DNA from: a virus
Taxonomy: Duplodnaviria > Caudoviricetes
IMG/VR virus record: IMGVR_UViG_3300048609_000068
Coordinates: 1-64,000 of that record
DNA: 64,000 nucleotides
Reading direction: 5' to 3' (one strand)
Positions 7,607-17,169 of the stretch are shown here, piece after piece. Position numbers and translations under genes: made by a program. Under the pieces are notes generated by a model that saw only the letters and a list, made by a program, of their open reading frames with translations, had not been told where the DNA came from and did not search any database. Every line of letters begins with the position of its first letter. The stretch's first letter is position 1.

Positions 7607-8337
7607 CATTGCGTGGCGTCATCCTGGCAGGTGGCACGGGGAGCCGTCTGGGGTCGTTGACCCGTTGTATCAATAAACATCTCTTGCCTGTCGGTCCCAA
7701 GCCGATGATTTTTCATGCCGTGGAGCATATGGTGGGCGCCGGGATCTTGGACATCATGATCGTCACAGGGACGGAACATATGGGTATGATTGTTCAGACG
7801 CTGGGATCAGGGTCTGAATTTGGATGCAACTTCAATTATGCGGTTCAAGAAGGCGCGAAAGGAATCCCTGACGCGATGTATCGTGCGCGGTTATTCTGCG
7901 ATGACAAGAAATTTTGTGTCGTTCTGGGGGATAACGTCTTCTTTGACTCCTTGAGCATCTATGTAAAAGATTTTGAGTCCCAGACCGCTGGATCGCGTAT
8001 TGTACTGAAGAGGTCCCAGGACCTGGAACGCTTTGGGGTTGCTTACGTGGACGCTGAGAAGAAAATAACAAAGATCAGAGAGAAACCGAAGCTGTCTGAA
8101 CATCCGATTCCTCCGGGGGCTTCTGCCTATGCTATTACCGGAATATACTTTTATCATGCAGAGGTCTTTGACGTGATCAAAAATTTGAAGCCCTCTGCGA
8201 GAAATGAGCTGGAAGTGACGGACATTCACAATACTTATTTATCGCGTGGACAGCTTGACTATTCTATCATGGAAGGCCCGTGGACGGACGCGGGAACATT
8301 CTCCAGTCTCTCGCGTGCGAACGCTTTGTTTAGCTAA
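7603..8337 (+). CDS. rmlA: Glucose-1-phosphate thymidylyltransferase (short RmlA/SpsI-type sugar-phosphate nucleotidyltransferase)
   Basis: GVILAGGTGSRL..LT..INKHLLPVG, VLGDN, ERFGVA, EKP, ELEVTD and WTDAGT motifs. Confidence 0.9.
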   Translation: MTLRGVILAGGTGSRLGSLTRCINKHLLPVGPKPMIFHAVEHMVGAGILDIMIVTGTEHMGMIVQTLGSGSEFGCNFNYAVQEGAKGIPDAMYRARLFCDDKKFCVVLGDNVFFDSLSIYVKDFESQTAGSRIVLKRSQDLERFGVAYVDAEKKITKIREKPKLSEHPIPPGASAYAITGIYFYHAEVFDVIKNLKPSARNELEVTDIHNTYLSRGQLDYSIMEGPWTDAGTFSSLSRANALFS

Positions 8338-8348
8338 AGGTTTTTGCA

Positions 8349-8954
8349 ATGGTAGTGCTCCGGCATAGAAAATCGCGGCTGAATAACATGAAATCACGGA
8401 TGACGTCACGGAACGTCCGGCGCGTGAGCAACGAGAGATTATGTCCAAAGTGCCTGGTTTCCTGTGTCGTTCTCAAAATAGATGCGGATACCGCACGTCT
8501 TCGCTGCCCATCCTGCGGTGATGTCATCAAGTTTACCGATGCAATTATTCCGGGATATACTCCGGGATATACAAAGACTAAAGAGATGAAGATTGGGCCG
8601 ATCACAATCCGTGATCGATCGGAACCTGAAAAGAAAAAAGAAGAACCCGATCAGCCGGATCCGAAGGCCCTAGAGGAACTGCAGAAGACATTGGACACGA
8701 TCAGGAACGCCGTTTCAGAAAATAAGATTGTCCGGTTTAGCTATACGGGTCGTGATGGAAAACAGAGTGACCGATCGGTCGAAGTATATAAGATTTCCAG
8801 GGACGGAAGCGGCTGTCCTGTCATCTATGCTTATTGTCTTGAGGCGGAAGGGATACGCCTTTTCAAGTTGAAGAACGTAGCGTCGATACAAATGCTGGAC
8901 ATGACGTACACGAACCGTTGGCCCATCGAGGATGAGCTTGAGCCAAAAAAGTGA
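8349..8954 (+). CDS. Zinc-ribbon + WYL-domain protein
   Basis: CPKC...CPSC, then A.SENKIVRFSY...R.VE.YKI....IYAYCLEAEGIRLFKLKNV. The exact start is uncertain. Confidence 0.8.
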   Translation: MVVLRHRKSRLNNMKSRMTSRNVRRVSNERLCPKCLVSCVVLKIDADTARLRCPSCGDVIKFTDAIIPGYTPGYTKTKEMKIGPITIRDRSEPEKKKEEPDQPDPKALEELQKTLDTIRNAVSENKIVRFSYTGRDGKQSDRSVEVYKISRDGSGCPVIYAYCLEAEGIRLFKLKNVASIQMLDMTYTNRWPIEDELEPKK

Positions 8955-10866
8955 AATCGTCGATCCGTTGATTAGCGATGATGACCCGTTCTCTTCGATT
9001 TCCGAATTGATGTCGGGTCAAGTATCGGTGAAGCCCCGGTCGTATGGACTGGTCCGTCTGGAGCGCGCGCCCAATCAAGTAGAGTTTATCGAGTCTCCGG
9101 AATTTCTGGCAGGGCCTTCTCTATACTATCCGCAGTTTGAAGTGGTCCGTGATTTCTTCGAGTTGCTCTGCCCGCAATGTAACAACATTCAGCGCATCCG
9201 ATCACACAATGATATTCCACGGGAGGAACAGATCCTTTTCCGTTTTGATGTGTGCCCAAAATGTGGAATGAATAAATATTCCATGATCGATGAACTGTAT
9301 TTTTATAATGAAATGGTGGGCGTCGTGGGCATGCGCGGGGGAAAAAGCGTTCTTGTTGCTTGCATGGCGGCATCCATGCTGCATGAACTGCTATGTATTG
9401 ATAACCTTCAAGAGAAGCTGGGGCTCGTCCGGAATCAGGAGATTGACGGAGCGTTCGTGGCGGTCTCCGGAGAGCAGACGAGTGAGACGATCTACGGGCA
9501 TTTTATGGGATTTTATCTGGATTCTCCCTGGTTTCAAAATTATAAGAAAGCATTGATAAACTTGGAACGGCTCGATCCGAATCTCCGGCGGGGAGATCTT
9601 TACTGGGAGACAGACAAGTTTCTTTGGTTCCGGGAAAAAAATATTCGCATCAAGACCTTGAGCTCCAACTCCGGATCGATTGCCGGAAAGACCCGTTTTT
9701 TTGCGGTCATTGATGAGCTGTCCCGGATGGATCAAGGTGGGAGCAAACGATCCGCGAAAGAGATTTACCGTGTGCTCAAGCGCTCGTTGACCACGATCAA
9801 GGCGAAGGTTGGGCGCCTTCGGGAAAGAGGAGTCTACGATATCCCGGATGCCCGGATGTTTAGTATCTCTTCTCCGTTGCACCAGGGCGATGAGGCGATG
9901 AACCTCCTCAAGACCTCGGAGAAGAACTTGAAGATGTTTGCTTTTCATCGTTCGACGTGGGAGTTCAACCCGGATATCTCGAAAGAAGACCTGGCCGATG
10001 AGTACGCGGCAGACCCCGTGGGCGCCGAGCGTGATTATGGCGCGAACCCACCGGGAGCGGAAAGCCCTTTTCTGCGTAACCCCATTGTGGTAGAAGTATG
10101 CATCGATGAGAACCGGTCGAATGGAATTGTTGCCAAAGAATCTTATTTTGAAGAAACCATCCGAGGAATTCGTTTTGCCTATATTAAAATGGAATTCAAG
10201 AGTGTCATACGTACCAATTTGAATGAGTATGTCATCCATTGCGACCCGGGAAGAGTAGGCGATAGCTTTGCCTTTGCCATGGGGCACATGGAAAATGGAT
10301 TGTCCATTATCGATGGTGCGGTGGAAGCCCGCCCCATCCCGCGCATGAACAAGATGGGGCTCGAACCCCGCGAAGTTTATTTTCCTTCCATGGTGGATTT
10401 GATTATTAAAATAGGGACCATGGTCGCATTGCGTTTTGTTTCCTATGACAGGTGGAACTCGACGGACCAGATCCAGCGGCTACGTGCCGAAGGGATCATG
10501 TCCTATAACGCGGACATCAACCGTGAAGATCATATCCGTTTCTTGCAGGCGATGAACGAGAAAACTATCCGATTTCCAAAGAGGGAAGATGAGTATCAAG
10601 ACCCGACCATTGCTCGCAATATGCCATGTTCCAAGGCACTCTTTGAGCTCAAGCGCTTGGAAGATACGGGTACAAAAATTGATCATCCGAAGATGGGAAC
10701 AAATGATGTGATTCAGTGCTATATTGGTGTTCACAAACTCTTGACACATCCCGAGGATGTGATAGAACACTATAGCAATAAACGGAGTGGCAGACACATG
10801 AATTTATCGAACAGGAATTTAGGGAGGGTCATTCATCTGGCACCCAAGGGAATCCCGAGACGGTGA
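8932..10866 (+). CDS. terL: Terminase large subunit
   Basis: Walker A GMRGGKS, Walker B AVIDELS, RNase H-type nuclease residues (HCDPG, SYDRWNS, TNDVIQ). Located upstream of the portal. Confidence 0.9.
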   Translation: MSLSQKSEIVDPLISDDDPFSSISELMSGQVSVKPRSYGLVRLERAPNQVEFIESPEFLAGPSLYYPQFEVVRDFFELLCPQCNNIQRIRSHNDIPREEQILFRFDVCPKCGMNKYSMIDELYFYNEMVGVVGMRGGKSVLVACMAASMLHELLCIDNLQEKLGLVRNQEIDGAFVAVSGEQTSETIYGHFMGFYLDSPWFQNYKKALINLERLDPNLRRGDLYWETDKFLWFREKNIRIKTLSSNSGSIAGKTRFFAVIDELSRMDQGGSKRSAKEIYRVLKRSLTTIKAKVGRLRERGVYDIPDARMFSISSPLHQGDEAMNLLKTSEKNLKMFAFHRSTWEFNPDISKEDLADEYAADPVGAERDYGANPPGAESPFLRNPIVVEVCIDENRSNGIVAKESYFEETIRGIRFAYIKMEFKSVIRTNLNEYVIHCDPGRVGDSFAFAMGHMENGLSIIDGAVEARPIPRMNKMGLEPREVYFPSMVDLIIKIGTMVALRFVSYDRWNSTDQIQRLRAEGIMSYNADINREDHIRFLQAMNEKTIRFPKREDEYQDPTIARNMPCSKALFELKRLEDTGTKIDHPKMGTNDVIQCYIGVHKLLTHPEDVIEHYSNKRSGRHMNLSNRNLGRVIHLAPKGIPRR

Positions 10867-10933
10867 TCAACAATACTTAAAATATAAGATTATTTTGGCG
10901 ATAGCATCAACCGGGAGAGAGGAGAATTCTTTT

Positions 10934-11545
10934 ATGTATAAGATTCAAAATGTCACAGGAAGCAATATTTCTCTGACGTTGGAGCGTGGGGCTATCACTC
11001 TTCGACCGGGGCAATATTTTGATCTTGAACCTCATTGTTCGCGTGCATGGATGGCAAAAAATAGAGACTTGAATGTCTTTCTCAAGTCAAAGAAAATACG
11101 GCTTACTCATGACAGTCAGGCGCCGATTTCGAAGGTGACCGTCAAGGCATTTGTAAATCCTGCCCCAAAGCGACCCGTTGTTGAAGTAAGACCCATTGGA
11201 AAAGTTACGCCTGTTGCTCCAAAAGTGATCGATGTTCCTTCGCCGATGCCGATGCCAGTGACGCCAGTTCCTGTGAAGCCAAACGAGACCATCACATTGG
11301 TTTTGGAACCAAGTAGCCCTTCTCCGGAAGAACCTGTGGATCTTCCGACCGTAGACGAATACGGCAACAACCTGGCAAATACAAAATGGCGGCAGACTGC
11401 AACACCGACACTCCCCGAGGTTGTAAGCTACGATCCCGTGGAGGAACATCTGAAGAAGATTGCGGAAAGCTCCGCAAAAGAGGACGATGAAGAGGAAGAC
11501 GAAGACGAGAAAGCCGACAACGACGAAGATGATGAGGACTACTAA
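10934..11545 (+). CDS. Hypothetical protein: small N-terminal beta domain, Pro/Val-rich linker, acidic tail
   Basis: GAGGAG RBS. Ends EDDEEEDEDEKADNDEDDEDY. Confidence 0.7.
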   Translation: MYKIQNVTGSNISLTLERGAITLRPGQYFDLEPHCSRAWMAKNRDLNVFLKSKKIRLTHDSQAPISKVTVKAFVNPAPKRPVVEVRPIGKVTPVAPKVIDVPSPMPMPVTPVPVKPNETITLVLEPSSPSPEEPVDLPTVDEYGNNLANTKWRQTATPTLPEVVSYDPVEEHLKKIAESSAKEDDEEEDEDEKADNDEDDEDY

Positions 11546-11561
11546 CAATTGCAGGTGACCC

Positions 11562-12593
11562 ATGGACGCGATGGCCAAGGTGATTCAAGATCATTTTCGT
11601 TCGCTTGCAAGGGATCATGGGGCTATTACAGAAACTGACTACTTTCAAGCGTGTGTGGGATTGCCACTGGAGGTAGCAGTTTCGTTAGGAGAATGGCTCG
11701 CGACAAGCGGCTTGAAATTGAAACGTGGGATTGGCCCACAGTACGAGCAGGAGATCAAAGAAAAGATCGAGAATCCAAACATCAATAATGTCAAGGACAC
11801 CAAGTATCACACGAATCCGAATAGGAATAAGAAACAAAAATCGAAAATAAAGTACCCTGCACGTCCGAATGCGCAGACATGGGGACATTATTTTCAGGAT
11901 ATGCAGAGAAGTCTCGTTCAAGAAATTGAACGGTATCATACGGACTCTCCGTATTTTCAGCAATACCTGCAAGCGGCGGGAAGTGCTGAGACCGTATCGA
12001 TGCTGCAAGAAGTGTGGGATGCGATGGCAAAAGGAGAACCTCCTGCTGGCGCATCGGGTGCTCCCGCAGTGACCCGTCCTCCGGAAAAATTCCGTGAATT
12101 TGTGGAAATGCCGGAAGACGACGAGGGCGCGCTAGAGCTTGCCCATTTGAAAGACCCGGTATCCGCGCATGTTCGTCATGCAGCAGAAAATGTCTATCAG
12201 GCTAAACTAAAGCAATGCGTGACCTTTGATAATGGAGCGCGATTTACCGTGGATGTTGCGGATACCCTGGATCAGAAAGCAGCGGGTCTTGAAGTTTTCG
12301 ATTCGTTGGCGCAGGGATATGGTTTGCTTTTTCCCTTTGACCCTCCGGAGTCTGTCACGTTTCATATGGGAAAAGTAAAGTTCCCGATCGATATTGTCTT
12401 CCTGTTGGAAGATCCCTTTGGGAAGAACCTGATTGCATCGAAGATTATTCGTGCGGTAGTGCCTGGATCGCTGGATCACTGGGGGCATGATAAGGTTCGG
12501 TACGTTCTTGAGCTTCCAGGGGGAACGTGCAAGCGCACTGGGATTGATATTAACTCGGTTTGCCATATTGGCAAAACATTCGAGGTTGCATGA
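11562..12593 (+). CDS. Protein with C-terminal DUF192 domain
   Basis: VDVADTLDQKAAGL...GLLFPF.PP..VTFHMGKVKFPIDIVFL...VLELPGG. Confidence 0.75.
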   Translation: MDAMAKVIQDHFRSLARDHGAITETDYFQACVGLPLEVAVSLGEWLATSGLKLKRGIGPQYEQEIKEKIENPNINNVKDTKYHTNPNRNKKQKSKIKYPARPNAQTWGHYFQDMQRSLVQEIERYHTDSPYFQQYLQAAGSAETVSMLQEVWDAMAKGEPPAGASGAPAVTRPPEKFREFVEMPEDDEGALELAHLKDPVSAHVRHAAENVYQAKLKQCVTFDNGARFTVDVADTLDQKAAGLEVFDSLAQGYGLLFPFDPPESVTFHMGKVKFPIDIVFLLEDPFGKNLIASKIIRAVVPGSLDHWGHDKVRYVLELPGGTCKRTGIDINSVCHIGKTFEVA

Positions 12594-13693
12594 TGGGCAT
12601 CCGATTGGATATATGTGCAGAGAGCTATGTGAGCAACCTTGCCGCCGAAGCGAAGGAAAATCAGGAGCAGTCCTTGGGGCTGGAGGGCGACATCGAATCT
12701 CCTTTGGATAATCTGGAACAAGAAGTCTTGGGGCACTGGCTCGGTGGATGGGACTGGGCCACGATTGGATCTCTGATGGAGGACAAGGGATACAAGGGCG
12801 AGGATATCGAAAAGGCGATGCAGGCGGCCTTGCACCATGTAGAGAGTATTGAGAAGGCGGGGCCATTTGGAACTCTCCGTACCGGGCAGCTTGTGCGGTT
12901 GAAAAATGGCATTTTGGGACAGATCCTTGCGAAGTCGGAAAATACCGTGGACATCCATGCTTTCTCCTCGGAGAGCACTGAAGTAATGGAGGTTCCCTTC
13001 TCGCAGATCGATGAAGCTGGAATACCGCATTTGGTTGGGGCGTTCTGTTTACGAAAAGCAGCCGTGTCGGTTCTTCAAGAAGCGAAAGGGCCAGAAGCAA
13101 CGTTTATTAAATGCGCTTGTACACTGGCACCTCCGGATGACTCCGTGACACGAAAAGTGTACAATGCCTACAATGCACTCGTCCAGGAAATGCTTGATTT
13201 TAATGTAAGTAAGGGACTCTTGAAAAGTAAACTTTCGGAAATAGCTTCCGAAGAATCTGTGGGGCACTGTGTTCGTGCTCTCCTGGATAACGAAACGTTA
13301 GGGATGTATTCTATATTTGAATCTTTATCGGATTCAAATAAAGTTCTTGTGCAAGCGCGGGACATCGCGGTCATGACCGAGCAAGACGAGATTGTGCGTC
13401 CTGCCCCGTTGATGGATTTATTTCAATTTGTGAGCAGCAACATCGCTGAAACCATGAAAATTAATACAGCCCTTGGCGTCTTGTTGGATCAGTATAAACA
13501 AGGCAAGAAGACTGGACGAGAGGTGATGCAGTATGTCGGGCACGCCCGGGATACTTTTGAAAAGTTGATGACAGCATGGGGACAGGACCACGCAGGCGTA
13601 CTGGATAAGGTTCTTGGAGAAATATCCAAACGGGCCGCTGCAGTCAAAGAAAATTTATTGAAAAAAGAGCTCGAAAAAGCGCTTGAAAAATAG
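12590..13693 (+). CDS. Hypothetical, possibly head-associated protein
   Basis: ATGA overlap with the previous gene. 367-aa ORF in the terL-portal interval. Confidence 0.7.
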   Translation: MMGIRLDICAESYVSNLAAEAKENQEQSLGLEGDIESPLDNLEQEVLGHWLGGWDWATIGSLMEDKGYKGEDIEKAMQAALHHVESIEKAGPFGTLRTGQLVRLKNGILGQILAKSENTVDIHAFSSESTEVMEVPFSQIDEAGIPHLVGAFCLRKAAVSVLQEAKGPEATFIKCACTLAPPDDSVTRKVYNAYNALVQEMLDFNVSKGLLKSKLSEIASEESVGHCVRALLDNETLGMYSIFESLSDSNKVLVQARDIAVMTEQDEIVRPAPLMDLFQFVSSNIAETMKINTALGVLLDQYKQGKKTGREVMQYVGHARDTFEKLMTAWGQDHAGVLDKVLGEISKRAAAVKENLLKKELEKALEK

Positions 13694-13955
13694 TGAAAAA
13701 AGTATAATGAGGATTGGCATGGAACTTGTTTACGACGGAATTGCGAAGACGTTTACTTTGATAACCGAAGAAGCTATTGAATTTCTAGGTCCGTTGACCT
13801 ATGCTTTTCATGAGTTGCAGCATCGTGGCTTTACAGCTTCGCAAGCCCGAGAGGCGGTGCTGGCTGCTATCTTTGGTAATGGTCTAGAGGTTGACCTTGA
13901 AAGAATTAAAAAAGTCGCAGCAAAGGAGAGCGCCTTCTACCAGGCGTGCGCTTAA
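13683..13955 (+). CDS. Hypothetical protein
   Basis: Fills the operon gap; start uncertain. Confidence 0.55.
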   Translation: MKNSEKSIMRIGMELVYDGIAKTFTLITEEAIEFLGPLTYAFHELQHRGFTASQAREAVLAAIFGNGLEVDLERIKKVAAKESAFYQACA

Positions 13956-14148
13956 ACAAAAGCCTGTCAAGCGAGGGCGCGTGGAGCTCTTTACCCGCCC
14001 TCCTTGTGGTTTTGCTCCGATTGTGTTCTTTGAAGATGGAAAATGCCCGTTCACGCGACATGACTCGTGTGGGAATTGCATCAAAAATGAGTGTGATTAC
14101 TACGACCTGATGTTTCTGGCTGAAGCAACAAAGTTGGGATATGCTTGA
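13891..14148 (+). CDS. Small Cys-rich hypothetical protein
   Basis: C...CPF..HDSCGNC..NEC. Stop overlaps the portal start (TTGA); start uncertain. Confidence 0.45.
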   Translation: MTLKELKKSQQRRAPSTRRALKQKPVKRGRVELFTRPPCGFAPIVFFEDGKCPFTRHDSCGNCIKNECDYYDLMFLAEATKLGYA

Positions 14149-15995
14149 TGATCAAAAAGACCGCGAGATTAATTGTCCCGGGAACTGTGCGGGATAACCC
14201 TCGGGAAGCAGCTTCTTTGCATCCTTACGATCCAGATGCTGTTGAATCTACTCATTATCCAAGACCTTTGATTCGTGGCAGGAACATTGTCGCAACGTCG
14301 AAAGGGACCTTTCGAAAGACGGCTGTGACAATGACCGGTGGAAGCGCCGCGACAGGCGCTTCCGGTACTGGCAGTACTTCCATTGCGCAATCTCCTCTTT
14401 TTTACGATTATCGTTGGTCAAGCCCCGATAAATTTTATTTTCCAAGAAACCGTGTCGTTGCAAATTCTATCTGGCGAGAAATATACAAACGTGACCCGAC
14501 GGTTGCGATCGGTACGGATATGTACTGTGAGCTCCCCTGGTCGGAGTTTGATCTGGTGGGTATTGAAGATGTGGTCGTTCGTCATATCTACGAGGACATG
14601 TTCTCGCGGTTGAATTTGACTCCAAAGCTTCCTGCGTATACCCGGGACTACTTGATCACAGGTGAGTTTATTCCGCATGCTATTTTCAATTCGATAAAAG
14701 GAATATGGCAAAGGATTATTGCGCATAATCCGGATTATATTACAGTTGAAAATGTTGGATTGGTGATGGACCAGCCGCTGTTAAAGCTTCGTCCAACGCC
14801 AGAAATAAAGAAACTCCTCAACACGACGGATCCCAGACTCAAGAAGTTACAGAAACTTCTTCCAAAAGAAATCATTCATTCGTTCCGTGCAAATAAAGAA
14901 GTGCCGTTGGATCCGATCAATACGAGCTATATTGCACGGATGAACCTTTCGAATGATATTCGTGGGACTTCTCTGTATACAAGGTTGTACCGGATTGTGA
15001 TGTATGAGGACTTTATTGTCAATGCGAGTCTTGCGGTTGCACAACGGAATGCAGCGCCTCTTCGGATTTTCAAGCTCGGCGATCCCAATACAGGCTGGAT
15101 CCCGGATGAAAATGAAGAGGCTGCTTTCGCGGACATGCTGTCGCTTGCAGAAGCAGACCCGCTTGCCGCAATCATTATGCACCACAACGTGACAGCGGAG
15201 CTTGTAGGCGTGTCTGACCGGATGATCCTGATTTCGAGAGAATGGGATTTTATTGAGCGTGTGAAACTCCTTGCCATGGGCGTTGCCCGTGCGTTCCTCG
15301 TAGGAGAGACGTCTTTTGCAGCTTCTGTTGCTGGATTGCAGTCTCTGATCCAGCGCCTCGCTTCCATGCGGGATAAGTTCACGAATGAATGGATCAGTCA
15401 TAAGCTTTGCACGCCCATTGCCAAGATCCACGAATTTTATCGACGGCCGGAAGCGGAACTGACGCATCGGATCCGCGTCAAGAATGTGGAAGACCTTCCC
15501 CTGGAGGTCCCGAAGATTCGTTGGAAAAAGGTGCTAGAGCCGAACCAGGATGTTGCGATCTTGAACATCTGGCGGGATCTCAAGGATCGGGGTCTGGTAT
15601 CGGATAGAACGTATTCTGCAGGGTCTGGTGTGGATCTGGACGTCGAACGAAAGAACTTGCTCGAAGAGAAGAAATATAAAGATGCACATCCGGAGCTGTA
15701 CGCGCTCATGCAACAGGCTCCGGGGGGACCTCCATCGGCCATCCGTCCGGGGATGAAGCCGCCTTTACCCGCAGCGGGCGCTCCGGCCCCCAGAGCGGGA
15801 AGTCTGGATAATGATTTTTTGCAGCAAGATCTAGAGGACCATCTGACGTCCTACGCCGATGATAAAAATAAGATCAATGTCAGGGACGCTGCAGAACTGG
15901 TGGTGGACCATATGCTGACCAAATCCTCTCAGGAACAAAAGTTGGATTTGATTTCTAAACTTCTTCCCCCGGCTGGCGATGACGTTTTGATCTGA
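14145..15995 (+). CDS. Portal protein
   Basis: 616 aa between terL and the protease/MCP. Helical core with YRIVMYED...SLAVAQRNAAPLRIFKLGD and a Pro-rich C-terminal tail. Confidence 0.8.
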   Translation: MMIKKTARLIVPGTVRDNPREAASLHPYDPDAVESTHYPRPLIRGRNIVATSKGTFRKTAVTMTGGSAATGASGTGSTSIAQSPLFYDYRWSSPDKFYFPRNRVVANSIWREIYKRDPTVAIGTDMYCELPWSEFDLVGIEDVVVRHIYEDMFSRLNLTPKLPAYTRDYLITGEFIPHAIFNSIKGIWQRIIAHNPDYITVENVGLVMDQPLLKLRPTPEIKKLLNTTDPRLKKLQKLLPKEIIHSFRANKEVPLDPINTSYIARMNLSNDIRGTSLYTRLYRIVMYEDFIVNASLAVAQRNAAPLRIFKLGDPNTGWIPDENEEAAFADMLSLAEADPLAAIIMHHNVTAELVGVSDRMILISREWDFIERVKLLAMGVARAFLVGETSFAASVAGLQSLIQRLASMRDKFTNEWISHKLCTPIAKIHEFYRRPEAELTHRIRVKNVEDLPLEVPKIRWKKVLEPNQDVAILNIWRDLKDRGLVSDRTYSAGSGVDLDVERKNLLEEKKYKDAHPELYALMQQAPGGPPSAIRPGMKPPLPAAGAPAPRAGSLDNDFLQQDLEDHLTSYADDKNKINVRDAAELVVDHMLTKSSQEQKLDLISKLLPPAGDDVLI

Positions 15996-16474
15996 TGCGT
16001 CCCATCAACGAAATCTATATTCATTGTTCTGCTTCGGAGTGGGGATGTGCGGTTGTTGTGGACTTGTGGCATCGGCAACTGGGTTGGAAGCAGATTGGCT
16101 ATCATTATGTTATCTTGAATGGTTTTCCGCATTCCAAGTTGAACTTTATTAAAATATTGGACGGTGTTATCGAACCAGGGACAGATAGCGCCCTCCCAGG
16201 GGTGCATGTCGCGGGACATAATCAAGATTCGATTGGGATTTGCTTGATCGGGGACAAGGCATTCACGGATCTGCAGCTTATTTCTGCCAAGGGGCTGGTG
16301 AGTGACCTTCGTAAAACATGGGGTGTGGACATCGCTAATGTCAAGGGGCATTACGAAGTACCCAATGTAAAGAAGACCTGCCCCAACATCCCGATGGATT
16401 TTTTCAGGAAATTCTTGGACGACAAGATTTCTGTCCAGGACCTCCAGAAACAGATTGCAATCTTCAAACCGTAG
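15995..16474 (+). CDS. N-acetylmuramoyl-L-alanine amidase (T7-lysozyme/Amidase_2 type endolysin)
   Basis: IYIHCSA, WH...GW..IGYHYVI, GVHVAGHN.DSIGICLIG, GHYE...KTCP zinc ligands. Confidence 0.9.
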   Translation: MRPINEIYIHCSASEWGCAVVVDLWHRQLGWKQIGYHYVILNGFPHSKLNFIKILDGVIEPGTDSALPGVHVAGHNQDSIGICLIGDKAFTDLQLISAKGLVSDLRKTWGVDIANVKGHYEVPNVKKTCPNIPMDFFRKFLDDKISVQDLQKQIAIFKP

Positions 16475-16506
16475 TGGTACTTTCTACAGTTTAGGGAGGT
16501 TACTCC

Positions 16507-17169
16507 ATGATCAGCGCACGCGACAAATTTTATTTATTTTTTGAAGAAATCATTATGAAGGATTTTCCGAAGGCAGGGTTGCTTGCGAAAGACAAGAGCA
16601 GGTTCATGAAAATCTTGGGGTCTGTTATCGCTGTGTTCAACAAGGAGTTCATGAAACAGTACGTGACGGTATTGAGAAATACGATTTATTTTCCGAGCAA
16701 GCAATGGCTGGAAGCGGACTACGACCGTGCGTTTGGTATCTTGGCGCATGAATACGTCCATATGGTGGATAGAAAACAGAAGCCACCTTTCATTTTTGAG
16801 CTTCAATATATATTCCCGCAGGTTCTTGGCGTCTTTGGTTTGCTTTCTTTTCTGTTTATTGTTCATCCCCTGTTTGGTTTGTTTAGCTTGTTTTTTCTTG
16901 CCCTATTTCCGCTTCCGTCTCCGTGGCGTTTAAAGTACGAAATAAACGGATACGCCATGAATGCATGGATTAATAGCCGGATCGGTGGGTTTAATTTGGA
17001 AAAATTTTCGATGCACGTTGCAGAATTGCTTTCTGGAAGCGAGTACTATTACACGGCGTATAGTGTGTTTCTTGTGCAAGAACAGTTTGTGAGGGAATAC
17101 GCGCATTTATCCATAGAACATCCCGCATTTCAAAAGGTGAAGCAATGGCTGGATCAGCTGGAAAAGTAA
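16507..17169 (+). CDS. Membrane-embedded HExxH zinc metallopeptidase-like protein
   Basis: ILAHEYVH motif, a hydrophobic hairpin, and a downstream KYEINGY third-ligand candidate. Confidence 0.6.
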   Translation: MISARDKFYLFFEEIIMKDFPKAGLLAKDKSRFMKILGSVIAVFNKEFMKQYVTVLRNTIYFPSKQWLEADYDRAFGILAHEYVHMVDRKQKPPFIFELQYIFPQVLGVFGLLSFLFIVHPLFGLFSLFFLALFPLPSPWRLKYEINGYAMNAWINSRIGGFNLEKFSMHVAELLSGSEYYYTAYSVFLVQEQFVREYAHLSIEHPAFQKVKQWLDQLEK

